This document shows positions 47,015 through 56,110 of a stretch of DNA of 64,000 nucleotides, one piece after another. Each line of letters starts with the position of its first letter. Within the stretch, counting starts at the first letter, position 1. The notes under the pieces were generated by a model. It was not told the DNA's origin and searched no databases. It worked only from the letters and a program-made list of their open reading frames with translations. The DNA comes from a virus: positions 6,443-70,442 of the IMG/VR virus record IMGVR_UViG_3300037264_003124; one strand, written 5' to 3'. A program made the translations under genes and the position numbers.

Positions 47015-47726
47015 GGCTGTCAACAGGTTTTGTACCGCTCTTCTTGACCCACCGTTCAAAACTGGCCTCCCCGTAGCGGCTGATCATCTCCCGCCGCTCC
47101 TCGTTCACGGCCTCGGAAATGGCGGGGTCTCGCATCTGGTGTTTGAACGCATGGCTATTGACGTGCTCGATCTTCACGTTGCCCGTCACGCCCACCTTGA
47201 ATCCGGCCTGATGGCAGCGAATCCAGTAATCCTGATCGCTGTACCGCCAATTTAGCGTTTCATCCCAGAGGCCAACTTTGTCGATGACGCGGCGCGGAAG
47301 ATAGAAACACGCCCCCCACGCCCGATCCTTGTGGATTCCGGGTCCGATATTCAGGTGGTTGTCGTCGCAGCACATGACGCCTCCGGCCATGTCGGCGTCG
47401 CGGACCAACGTATCGAGCCAGCCCTTGGGGACGACCGTGTCGCTGTTGAGCTGGACGACGTCACCTTGTACGAGATATAAACCTATATTGAATGCCTTCG
47501 TAAACCCAAGTGGTTTTACCGAGGCGTGAGATTGGGTGAAGAACGATACAAGGCGATCTGCCAAACGGCAGCGAAATTCTATGGGGTTGAATCCATTCGC
47601 CACCACCACCCGCTCGCCGAACTTGCACAGCCCATCCGCGTCCGCCTCCAAGCTGTCCAGGCAGCGGTGCACCACGGCCTCTCCGCCGGGCGGAACGTAG
47701 ATCGGCATGATGAGGCTAATGGTCAC
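46998..47726 (-). CDS. GT2 glycosyltransferase
   Basis: SLIMPIY, CLDSL, GFTKAFNIG, LNSDT, GLWDE....YSDQDY..R...AG. Confidence 0.9.
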   Translation of the reverse strand: MTISLIMPIYVPPGGEAVVHRCLDSLEADADGLCKFGERVVVANGFNPIEFRCRLADRLVSFFTQSHASVKPLGFTKAFNIGLYLVQGDVVQLNSDTVVPKGWLDTLVRDADMAGGVMCCDDNHLNIGPGIHKDRAWGACFYLPRRVIDKVGLWDETLNWRYSDQDYWIRCHQAGFKVGVTGNVKIEHVNSHAFKHQMRDPAISEAVNEERREMISRYGEASFERWVKKSGTKPVDSHAATC

Positions 47727-48571
47727 CCTTCGTCTCCAAAGAACCTCCCACTCGCCGCCAAGCTGCACCCCGTCGTCGATTCAAGCTGTTCCGTACCAGC
47801 CAAATCCCGAACGGACGTCTCAAAATCCACAGTCGTAGGGTAGTCCGAAAACTGGCACACCTGCCTATCAACTTCACCGCCCGCTCGCGGCACGTAGTCA
47901 ATCGGACAGTCGAACATCTCCGCCACTTCGCGGATACTGCGGCCGTGGCAAGATCCAATCTCGGTAATGCCATCCCGGTCAGCCGCTGCAACAATCGCCC
48001 GCACGGCGTCCGTGTAGTGGATAAAGTCCCGCACTTGGCTTCCATCGCCGGTGACAGTGATGCGGCCCTTGGTGCGTTTCTGGTCCATGAACGATGGGAT
48101 GACGTTGCCGCTGGATGGCTTGTGGCGGGGCGAGCCGTAGACGCAATGCAACCGGATAATCGAGGTTGATATTCCGAAATAGCTAGTGTAGTGTTCGCAG
48201 TACCGCTCCCCGGCGTATTTCTCGATGGCATAGGGGAGCGTTCTTGTGTAATGGACGATGGCCGAAGATACGAAGACCATCTTCGCCTTTCGCTCCTTGC
48301 AGAACTCCAGACATTCGACTGTCAGATTTGCGCCATTGTTCAAAGATTCTGCCGGATGCTCAGTAGCCTTTCGCACGCTTGCTTGCGCCGCTAAGTGAAA
48401 GACTACGTCGGATTCAATCTCCATGTCCACCGTCAGATTGGCGACATCCAAGCAGCGCACGCCGTGTTTGTGCAGAATGTCGACCGAGCATACATCATGC
48501 CCTTGCTCCACCAGCAGGTCGCAGACGTGGCTGCCAATGTGTCCGGCTCCGCCGGTGACGAGACACTTCAT
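47723..48571 (-). CDS. NAD-dependent epimerase/dehydratase (extended SDR)
   Basis: VTGGAGHIGS, VFHLAA, YAIEK (YxxxK), VYG, GDGSQVRDFIH. Confidence 0.92.
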   Translation of the reverse strand: MKCLVTGGAGHIGSHVCDLLVEQGHDVCSVDILHKHGVRCLDVANLTVDMEIESDVVFHLAAQASVRKATEHPAESLNNGANLTVECLEFCKERKAKMVFVSSAIVHYTRTLPYAIEKYAGERYCEHYTSYFGISTSIIRLHCVYGSPRHKPSSGNVIPSFMDQKRTKGRITVTGDGSQVRDFIHYTDAVRAIVAAADRDGITEIGSCHGRSIREVAEMFDCPIDYVPRAGGEVDRQVCQFSDYPTTVDFETSVRDLAGTEQLESTTGCSLAASGRFFGDEG

Positions 48572-48693
48572 AGGTCCAGCCAATCAGCCAATTCTGCGAG
48601 TACCAATGGTATTACACCGAATAGTACGAAGAAAAATCCGCACACCAACCCTAGCATCAAACACACTTGCCAGAATTCAATTAGAAAGCTCAT
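48568..48693 (-). CDS. Small membrane protein
   Basis: 41 aa, single hydrophobic helix, ATGA-coupled. Confidence 0.4.
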   Translation of the reverse strand: MSFLIEFWQVCLMLGLVCGFFFVLFGVIPLVLAELADWLDL

Positions 48694-49859
48694 GCGAAAA
48701 ACGGATGGACCCACTCGCCCACCCACTCCTTCTCCTTTTCCTGAATCGCTTCCATCACATTCCACGCCATCAGCACGAATACATCCGCCTCAATCTCTTC
48801 CCGCTTCCGTACAGGCAACTTGCTACCCGGTGCGTACTTGCCCTGCTTGGAAGGCATGTCGTCAATCAGGCACTCCATGAACTCGCCCGCCCCCGTGTAG
48901 TTTAGCATCGTGTTGCCCTTGGCCGGAGCACCGTAGCCCACGATCCGCTTCCCTTCGCCCTTCAAACGATCAAGTCGTCTTCGGAGTCGATTACGCTGGT
49001 CCTCAACTCGGCGAGTGACCTGCTTGTATTGCAGAGGGTGAGTGCGTCTCCGCTCAACGTCAATGTTCTTGTAGTAGTCGTGCTTGTCCGTTCGCTCTCG
49101 CCCCGCAAAGGCCCGCAGCGACGTGCCCTGAACGTCGTGCAACTGGACCTCGCTGATAAACAGTCCGTGCCGCTCGAACAGCGTCGACAACGCCGTGGTT
49201 CCAAACAAGGAAAGATGCTCGTGATAGACAGAATCATACCAGCCTCGCTCCCATAAGTCCTCGGCCCACGGTAGTTCGATGACGGCAATTCCATCGTCCG
49301 TCAGCAACAGCGACATGCCGGCCACGGCGTCATTCAAGTCCTCAATGTGAGCAAAGACGTTGTTGGCCAGAATCGCGTCCGCCCGGCCGTCTCGGGTTTC
49401 AATCTCCCTCGCCACCTGAAGTGACCACAACGCCCTTTGCGTCGGCACGCTCGCTGGAATGTTCTCTGCCGGGTCTATTCCAAGTACCGTGTGATTGCGG
49501 CAGGAGAAGTATTCGAGTAACAGGCCGTCATTTGACCCAATCTCGACAATCGAGACCATGCGACCCGTTGGCAATCGCCGCATCACGTCATCAGCGTACT
49601 TCCGCCAATGCTCGCCAAGCGTGGCAGCTCGTGACGAGTAGATGTAGTCGCTGAAGATTTCCTGGCGGTCCACGACAATCGATAGCTGCAAGTGAATGCA
49701 TGCCGCGCAGAGCATAAGCTCCAACGGATACACAGCCTCGTCTTGTTCGGGAGACGACAGGAACGAATTGGCGAGCGGCTGTTGGCCCAAGTCGAGGACC
49801 TTGGTCAATTCGGTCGAGCCGCAGATGCGACAGGCGGTGGAAGGGGTGAAGGGGATCAT
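48690..49859 (-). CDS. NDP-sugar C-methyltransferase
   Basis: CRICGS, LDLGQQPLANSF, EIGSNDG, YHEHLS, GYGAPAKGNT. Confidence 0.92.
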   Translation of the reverse strand: MIPFTPSTACRICGSTELTKVLDLGQQPLANSFLSSPEQDEAVYPLELMLCAACIHLQLSIVVDRQEIFSDYIYSSRAATLGEHWRKYADDVMRRLPTGRMVSIVEIGSNDGLLLEYFSCRNHTVLGIDPAENIPASVPTQRALWSLQVAREIETRDGRADAILANNVFAHIEDLNDAVAGMSLLLTDDGIAVIELPWAEDLWERGWYDSVYHEHLSLFGTTALSTLFERHGLFISEVQLHDVQGTSLRAFAGRERTDKHDYYKNIDVERRRTHPLQYKQVTRRVEDQRNRLRRRLDRLKGEGKRIVGYGAPAKGNTMLNYTGAGEFMECLIDDMPSKQGKYAPGSKLPVRKREEIEADVFVLMAWNVMEAIQEKEKEWVGEWVHPFFA

Positions 49860-51667
49860 GCGGTATCCCTAGCTGCGGCTTCTAATACTTTTTTGGCCTT
49901 GATATCACTCCGTGGATGTTCGTCCTCATTGAACGCTGCATACCTCTTGCCTGCAAACGCATCCCGCAGCCGCTTCGCAATCCCATTCTCCATCGCCCGC
50001 GGCGCATCCGACCCCAGCACAACACTCCTCTCGCTACGCTCACTCGGCGGACCGTCCGCGTCGTACTCAGCGTTCTCTGGCTGCGCCTCAAGGCCGTGCA
50101 CCATTGCGTTCTTTTCAGGACCACCTGAGTCACCGCCACCGAATCCACCGCCCATCGTTCCCGGCGGCGGCTGAATCGACTTCTGTAGCGCCGCCATGTC
50201 GAGCACCTCCGCGCCAGATTCTGGCACCGGAGTACCCAACAAATCCCGCACGTTTTGCGCATCGATCTTGAGGCCCATGTCGTAGGCCATCTTGATCGCA
50301 TTCAGCCGCGTCTCGGCGTCCGGCGTCTCAGTGTCAATTCGGAAACGGAACCTCGTGTTGGCGTACTGCGGATAATTGAACTGAATCATCGGCAGCAAAA
50401 GGTCCGTCGTAATCGTCTCTTCCAATAGCTGCGCATCGTACCGGACGATTTGCATGAACGTGCCAAGCTGCACCTCGGCCAGGTTGCTGCCGAGCCCCGT
50501 GGCGGACGCCTCGCTGGTAAGCGTTTGGCCCAAGATGTACCGCTTGATCTGGTGGCCGAAATACTCATTGATGACGGCCTTGAGAGACTCTGCGCCGCCC
50601 ATGCCAGGCTCGATATGCTCGACCCGATAGAGGGCCGATTGTTCATCCTGCACCATCGGGAAGAATACAATGTTTCGGCTGCCGCCCGATTCACTCTGCC
50701 GCAAAGCGGCCTTTTCGATTTCCTCTTTTGCCGTGGGGTTGTGCATCGGGTAGTACCAAACATTGAATCCGAACGCACTCCGCTCCAGGTACTCCATCAA
50801 GAGCGACAATGCCTCTTGCTTCTGAATCCACGTCCAATACAGCACACTCCGCAGGCCCTTGCCGTGAATGCGGCCCGCGTTAGTCGGCTCTTCATACTCG
50901 CCGTCCTCGATCTGGTTCTTGTGGATAGCCAGTAGCGGCCGCTCCCACGTGTCGAGAAAATACGCCAGCCCGTAGTCGGTCGGCTGGATCTTGCCCTTCA
51001 TTTGGCCGCGGATGATCGGCAATCCGTCGCCATTCTTGAATGTGGCGTCCTCTTCGTCCTCGCGCTGCCGCTCCCACCGCCTCGCGGAATTCTGCCAACC
51101 CGGATAGGCCATGCCGATGCGGATGCCGACCTGGTCCGGCCTGTACGTCCCCAGTCCGTCGTCATATCGAAAGACGATCTTGTCGCCGTTGACGGGAAGC
51201 CATTGGTCCATGACGATCCGCATCTTGGGACCAACCCGCTTCCACCGCCACTTGTGCTGGATGCCGTACTTGCCGTACCACGTCGCGTGCAACAGGTTCT
51301 CGCGGTATTGCAGGAAGCGGGGGATGTCTTCCAGCATCCGCGTCAACTCCGCAGCCACACCGACTTGTCCCTGGTCCTTTTTGTTCTCCGGCTCGACGTG
51401 CCACTCGAAGAGGCAGCAGGCCCGCTGCCGCATCTCGACGCACTCCATGATGGCCGTGTCGTTACGCATGATGCGGGCATTCTCAAACGATTGCTTGAGC
51501 GCCTCATCGGACGGCCGGTAGACGCGGGCAATCGACGAAACCGTGCCCTGAAACGTGATGGCATGCGGCAGGATGGACTCGCCCATGTTGATAGGCATGC
51601 GCGAGAGGCGTCCTGCCGGATCAAGCGTCGTGTCGTAAAGTGAGAATCCAGGTATCGGCATCTTCAA
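49856..51667 (-). CDS. Portal protein (Mu gp29/DUF935-like)
   Basis: LLHA.WYG, G.GL...LYW.W..K, ILGQTLTS, LAEV; located after the terminase. Confidence 0.85.
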   Translation of the reverse strand: MKMPIPGFSLYDTTLDPAGRLSRMPINMGESILPHAITFQGTVSSIARVYRPSDEALKQSFENARIMRNDTAIMECVEMRQRACCLFEWHVEPENKKDQGQVGVAAELTRMLEDIPRFLQYRENLLHATWYGKYGIQHKWRWKRVGPKMRIVMDQWLPVNGDKIVFRYDDGLGTYRPDQVGIRIGMAYPGWQNSARRWERQREDEEDATFKNGDGLPIIRGQMKGKIQPTDYGLAYFLDTWERPLLAIHKNQIEDGEYEEPTNAGRIHGKGLRSVLYWTWIQKQEALSLLMEYLERSAFGFNVWYYPMHNPTAKEEIEKAALRQSESGGSRNIVFFPMVQDEQSALYRVEHIEPGMGGAESLKAVINEYFGHQIKRYILGQTLTSEASATGLGSNLAEVQLGTFMQIVRYDAQLLEETITTDLLLPMIQFNYPQYANTRFRFRIDTETPDAETRLNAIKMAYDMGLKIDAQNVRDLLGTPVPESGAEVLDMAALQKSIQPPPGTMGGGFGGGDSGGPEKNAMVHGLEAQPENAEYDADGPPSERSERSVVLGSDAPRAMENGIAKRLRDAFAGKRYAAFNEDEHPRSDIKAKKVLEAAARDTA

Positions 51668-52848
51668 CGTCCTCTATTCGGCGTCCCTCTGTTGGGTGTG
51701 CCACGATTCGGCGCACCATCCATCGGAACAATCAGCGGTGCTATCTGCTCCGGCAACGCACTACGCAGCGTCCGCACCTTGCCCGTGCCGACCTTCTGCA
51801 CCCGCACCGTTCGCGGCACAAATAGCTCTTGGCCAGCACCTGCATACGTTGCCTTCCGTGGCACATAGTCATTGCGGATCGCCACCAGCCGGTAGTCGTG
51901 GCGATGGCCACTCCAAGTCCCGCGAATCCGTACATTGTCCCACAGCCAGATGCCTTTCGACGGCGCGTCGTACATCGCCAAAAACTTCTCAGGTTGTACA
52001 TTCGAGTAGGCGTAAAGGCTGCCGGCTCCGCTGCCAAATTGCGGACCCGACCGATAGCGAACGTAGAGCGTGGACGCATCCACGTCGTAGCCGAAAGACC
52101 AGACGTTGGAGGATTCGGCCCGCACCATTTCCTTGGTGATGATTGGGTGATTGGCCGGGAAGCGGCGGCCTGTGCCATCGACCTCGATATCGACGACTTG
52201 TCGCTGCCGACCCGTCGAAGTGGACTTGGGAACACCACCCGGATAAAAAGTCTGCTCCGCGCTTGTGACCGGGTCGTCCTCATCAACTGATACTGGCCGT
52301 CTGGCAGGTGGTGCAATCACCTGATAACCTTCCGCCTCTAGCCTCGCAATCATTGCCTCCATGCTGTCCGCCACGCCGCCAGTTGTCAGCTTTCGAGCAT
52401 CCGGCGAGAGCTTCTCGGGAGCCCACGCTTGCAGTAGTCGCACGGCCGCGTCAATCTCGCCGTCGATACCGCTGCCGCGTGTCTTGGCCCCAGGAGCGAG
52501 CAATGCCTTCAGCAACCGGCCCATCGGCCCCAGCGCCCCCAGCAGCTCCGTAATCAGCCGGGCCGACTCACCTCCGAACGCCTGATACTTGACGACCTCG
52601 CGGACCATGTCTTTGAACGGCATTCCGCTGGACTGGCGGATGAATCCCGCACTGAACCCGTGCCGCGAGTAGCGGTTGAGCATGTCTCCGAAGCGTGCGG
52701 CCGACGATACGACCGTCCGCGGCGTATTGATGGCATCCTTGACGTCGCGGACCAGCTTGTACGCCTCAGTCTGGCGAAACGCCTCCCGCGCCACACGCCT
52801 TTGCTCGCGGTCGAATTCTCGGAACAGCGGGTTGCGGGACCAGGCCAT
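51664..52848 (-). CDS. KTSC-domain protein
   Basis: SSNV.S.GYD....TLYV.Y..G..Y.Y.NV........APSKG; C-terminal PNRG repeats. Confidence 0.75.
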   Translation of the reverse strand: MAWSRNPLFREFDREQRRVAREAFRQTEAYKLVRDVKDAINTPRTVVSSAARFGDMLNRYSRHGFSAGFIRQSSGMPFKDMVREVVKYQAFGGESARLITELLGALGPMGRLLKALLAPGAKTRGSGIDGEIDAAVRLLQAWAPEKLSPDARKLTTGGVADSMEAMIARLEAEGYQVIAPPARRPVSVDEDDPVTSAEQTFYPGGVPKSTSTGRQRQVVDIEVDGTGRRFPANHPIITKEMVRAESSNVWSFGYDVDASTLYVRYRSGPQFGSGAGSLYAYSNVQPEKFLAMYDAPSKGIWLWDNVRIRGTWSGHRHDYRLVAIRNDYVPRKATYAGAGQELFVPRTVRVQKVGTGKVRTLRSALPEQIAPLIVPMDGAPNRGTPNRGTPNRGR

Positions 52849-53109
52849 TTAGCGGCGCACTCCATTCACCATCGCGGCTTGTCGCTGCTGATTGATGCTT
52901 CGCTGCACAAATTCTCGAATCGTCTCCACCACTTGCTCGACCGTCTCCGTCACCTTCCACGGCTCGGCACGATCCACCACGTAGATCGCCGTTCTCGCCG
53001 TGACTCCATCTGATGCCGAATTATCCAACGCCTCCAGGGCGATCATTGTCTCAATCCGGAAGTAGACCCTCTGACCTGTCAGGTAGTTCGTAAACCAGAC
53101 CTGAAACAT
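52849..53109 (-). CDS. Small hypothetical protein (FlbD-like pattern)
   Basis: VYF....I..LE...T.I......V.ETVEQVVE.I. Confidence 0.45.
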   Translation of the reverse strand: MFQVWFTNYLTGQRVYFRIETMIALEALDNSASDGVTARTAIYVVDRAEPWKVTETVEQVVETIREFVQRSINQQRQAAMVNGVRR

Positions 53110-53111
53110 GG

Positions 53112-54791
53112 CTACCGTCCATTCCTGGCCAACTGTACGGTGCCGCGTGCGCCGTTGACGTGGCGGTGCATCTGGACTGCGTTTCGTTCTGCATGGCGGT
53201 GCATCTCTTTCGCGTAGCGGGGCGGCTCCCAACCTTCGATCTTCCGCTCACCCATAATCATATACCTCAGAGCGTCCGGTCCGTGGTCGAATCGCGGAAC
53301 TGGTACCGGCCTGGCTAGTCCAGGATTAAGGGCCATCATGTTGGGCTGACCGCGCTTCCAACGATAGGATCGCATTTCGCTTATCAGATGCTTACAACGG
53401 CTCGATATTTTCAAGAGCGGCTGGTCTGTTTCTCGCTGCGGAGTCAGCAGGTGCTTGATGTAGTAAATTCCCTCCAGAACACTATTCTCGCTCTTGTTGT
53501 ATCCGACGGTGGGAACACCGTAGAGGTTGAACTCGCGGATGTTACCCGGTGCCGCCGAGTCCGCATGGTTGACTCGATACCCAGGCCGCATGGTCAGTTC
53601 AATTTCCTTATGCCCACGCTTTCCATGAATAACCGGCCAGTTCCATTGCTCGCACCGGTCAATCGTCTCATTGATGTGGTCCCGCAAAATCTTCGTTTGG
53701 CTGACGGTCCAGTATTCGTCGTAGACGGTCCACGATCCGTCTGCCGGGTCCCAATACGCCCACAGCGTGCAATGGGCATGCTCGCTGGTCCAGCCCCAGT
53801 CCGTGCCCATGGCGTGAATCAGAGAATTGTCACGTAATGCACGGTCCTCGATAAACTGCTCGTCGACCATGTGGATCGCCTCGGAGAAACCAGCATAGAT
53901 CATGCCCTCGAAAACCGCGAAGTCGCCATAGAGCCGCGTCGCGTGCAACTCATCGGGAGTGAAGGCCAGCATCGAATCGATCCAGTCCTGGCCTCCTGGT
54001 AGATTCGGCAGATTCTTCAGCGTGTTGGCCTTATAGACCTTCCAGCTTGGAGGGGCTTTTTCAATCGCCTGCTCCATCTCCGCCGAGAGCCACGGGTCGA
54101 GCGGCGTGAACTCAATCAGCCGTGCCCCGCGATATTTGTAGTCGCGCAGGCCACGAACCGTCTCCGCACAAAGCACTGACGGCGGCGTCTCGCTAATCCA
54201 GAATCCACCCAGCGACGCCCCTTGCAGGGCAGCACGGCCCTGCTCGAAAGTTTTGAACTCAATCACCCAGTTCTTATCCGGGTGACCGCCGCGATCCGTT
54301 GGCCACGATTTCAAGACAACAGCTTTCGGTTGATTGCGGACCTTGTTGTGCCAGACGATTTCCTGAATCTCGCAACCTGGGATGAATCCCATGCCGTGGA
54401 GCTTCTCGCCCCAGCACACGTTGCAAGTGTTCTCGAACGTGTTCGACATCACCCAGAACGGGGTATTGCGACGCGGCGGCGGTTGTTCCATCAGCATAAA
54501 CCGAGCCGCCTTGTACGCCGCCGCCACAGACGTTCCCGCTCCATTGCCGCCAATAAGGAACGCGACACCATCCTTGCTATTGCAAAATGACTCCTGCTGG
54601 TCGGCTCCTCCCGGTGCGTCCAAGTCATCGGGTCGCGGCCTGAAGCTCAACAAGCCATTGTTGCCCAGCGCGTAATCGAGGTACTCCGCAATCGCCGGAT
54701 TGTGCGGAGCGACCTCCATTGCCATCTTCACGAATTCCAGGCTGGCCCACGAGCCAGCCCCGATTGTCTTAATCGCCGCCCTCCGATTCAT
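53112..54791 (-). CDS. terL: Terminase large subunit
   Basis: QQ.F, GGNGAGTS, FTP, RLYGDF...EG.IY, GTDWG, ADSA, DHGPDALRY. Confidence 0.88.
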   Translation of the reverse strand: MNRRAAIKTIGAGSWASLEFVKMAMEVAPHNPAIAEYLDYALGNNGLLSFRPRPDDLDAPGGADQQESFCNSKDGVAFLIGGNGAGTSVAAAYKAARFMLMEQPPPRRNTPFWVMSNTFENTCNVCWGEKLHGMGFIPGCEIQEIVWHNKVRNQPKAVVLKSWPTDRGGHPDKNWVIEFKTFEQGRAALQGASLGGFWISETPPSVLCAETVRGLRDYKYRGARLIEFTPLDPWLSAEMEQAIEKAPPSWKVYKANTLKNLPNLPGGQDWIDSMLAFTPDELHATRLYGDFAVFEGMIYAGFSEAIHMVDEQFIEDRALRDNSLIHAMGTDWGWTSEHAHCTLWAYWDPADGSWTVYDEYWTVSQTKILRDHINETIDRCEQWNWPVIHGKRGHKEIELTMRPGYRVNHADSAAPGNIREFNLYGVPTVGYNKSENSVLEGIYYIKHLLTPQRETDQPLLKISSRCKHLISEMRSYRWKRGQPNMMALNPGLARPVPVPRFDHGPDALRYMIMGERKIEGWEPPRYAKEMHRHAERNAVQMHRHVNGARGTVQLARNGR

Positions 54792-55138
54792 GCCGCGTCC
54801 CCGTGGTGCACCTTGAAAGCTTCAACCACTTCGTGAGCCATCTTCTCGGCCAGCTCCTTGTCATCCATGCCGGCGAAGCGAAACACCTTCCTGGCCTCTT
54901 CGGACCAATCCAGCATCATCGCCGGCTGCGGCAGGCAGTATTTGGCCAATGCCTCAAACGCCTTGATGTTGCCGGCCATCGCTAATTCCAAGAGCTTCTC
55001 GGTTGCTACGGCCCACTTGTCGAGAGTCACGCACCGGCGGAACGTATCGAGATACTCGCGTTCTTTAGGCGTGCCCTTGGGCCTTCCTGGCCCTCCTGGG
55101 TGTCCTTTCTCGAAAGGTCGACCTCGCTTTGCGGCCAT
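54788..55138 (-). CDS. Terminase small subunit-like protein
   Basis: GRPFEKGHPGGPGRPKG, AMAGNIKA; directly upstream of terL. Confidence 0.7.
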   Translation of the reverse strand: MAAKRGRPFEKGHPGGPGRPKGTPKEREYLDTFRRCVTLDKWAVATEKLLELAMAGNIKAFEALAKYCLPQPAMMLDWSEEARKVFRFAGMDDKELAEKMAHEVVEAFKVHHGDAA

Positions 55139-55166
55139 AACATTTCATCCGCGTTAGAAATGCGGC

Positions 55167-56090
55167 CTATATTGTTGCCCCAACAGGTTCAATTTCTCCC
55201 CTCCGTCTCTTCACGGCCCCAATCTTCTGGCCGCTCACACCAAGCTGGCTGCCGATATCCGCATCGGACATGCCATCATCCACCAGCATGAGAATGCGCT
55301 GCTCGACGGTGATGGGGCCGCCAATCTCATCGACACGTTCGGGGCCACCGAATTCCATGTCGACGTCTCCAAACGCGAGCTGCGGCATGATCTCGCCCAT
55401 TTCCATCCGCTCCGGACGCTGGTGGGCCTCGGCCATGTCCGGGTCGTCGCCCATTTCCAGGCGCGCCCGGATAGAGGCCGTGGTCGTGTCGCGTGCCAGC
55501 CGTGTGGCATACTGAGACCAATAGCCACGCCGGTCTTCCGCCTGCTTCCGCTGCGGCTTGCGGGTTTCTGGTCCGTTATACTTTTCTGGATCTGCCTTGG
55601 CCCGTATAACGCGGTCTACGTCAGGCTGGTTCATGTTGCCACGCCAGCCGTAGATTTTGGCAATCTGTACGTCGCTGACGCCCTGTTTGACCAAGTCGGC
55701 AACAGATTCCAGCTCGCGTTGCGGGACTGTGATCTCGGCCACCATCGCCTTCTTGAGCGCCGCATAGGAGGACCACACGCTCTGACCAGGCCTCCAATTC
55801 GGCCGCGGTGAATTGAGCTGCTTCGTGCGATACTCGACCCAGGCATGTTTGAAAGCCCGCTGTGAGCCGGCCGATGTTCCCGTGCCATCACCCCACACGG
55901 CCGCGAACAGATTGCGGCAGTTTTCGGGGATGGTCCCGAAGTCGCACGCCGCAATCAGCGTGTCGGCCGCAATCCAGAATGGGTTTTTGGAGTCCACGTC
56001 CTTGTCGGCAGAATAGGCGAAGTCTTTGTGTGCGGCCACAAGCTGCGCCACGCAGTTTTTTAGCAGACTCTCTCGTTCTTGTTCGTTCAT
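55167..56090 (-). CDS. Hypothetical protein with HTH-like motifs
   Basis: GVSDVQIAKIYG and GMSDADIGSQLGVS. Confidence 0.6.
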   Translation of the reverse strand: MNEQERESLLKNCVAQLVAAHKDFAYSADKDVDSKNPFWIAADTLIAACDFGTIPENCRNLFAAVWGDGTGTSAGSQRAFKHAWVEYRTKQLNSPRPNWRPGQSVWSSYAALKKAMVAEITVPQRELESVADLVKQGVSDVQIAKIYGWRGNMNQPDVDRVIRAKADPEKYNGPETRKPQRKQAEDRRGYWSQYATRLARDTTTASIRARLEMGDDPDMAEAHQRPERMEMGEIMPQLAFGDVDMEFGGPERVDEIGGPITVEQRILMLVDDGMSDADIGSQLGVSGQKIGAVKRRRGEIEPVGATI

Positions 56091-56110
56091 GGGAAAACGG
56101 TTCTCTAGGT

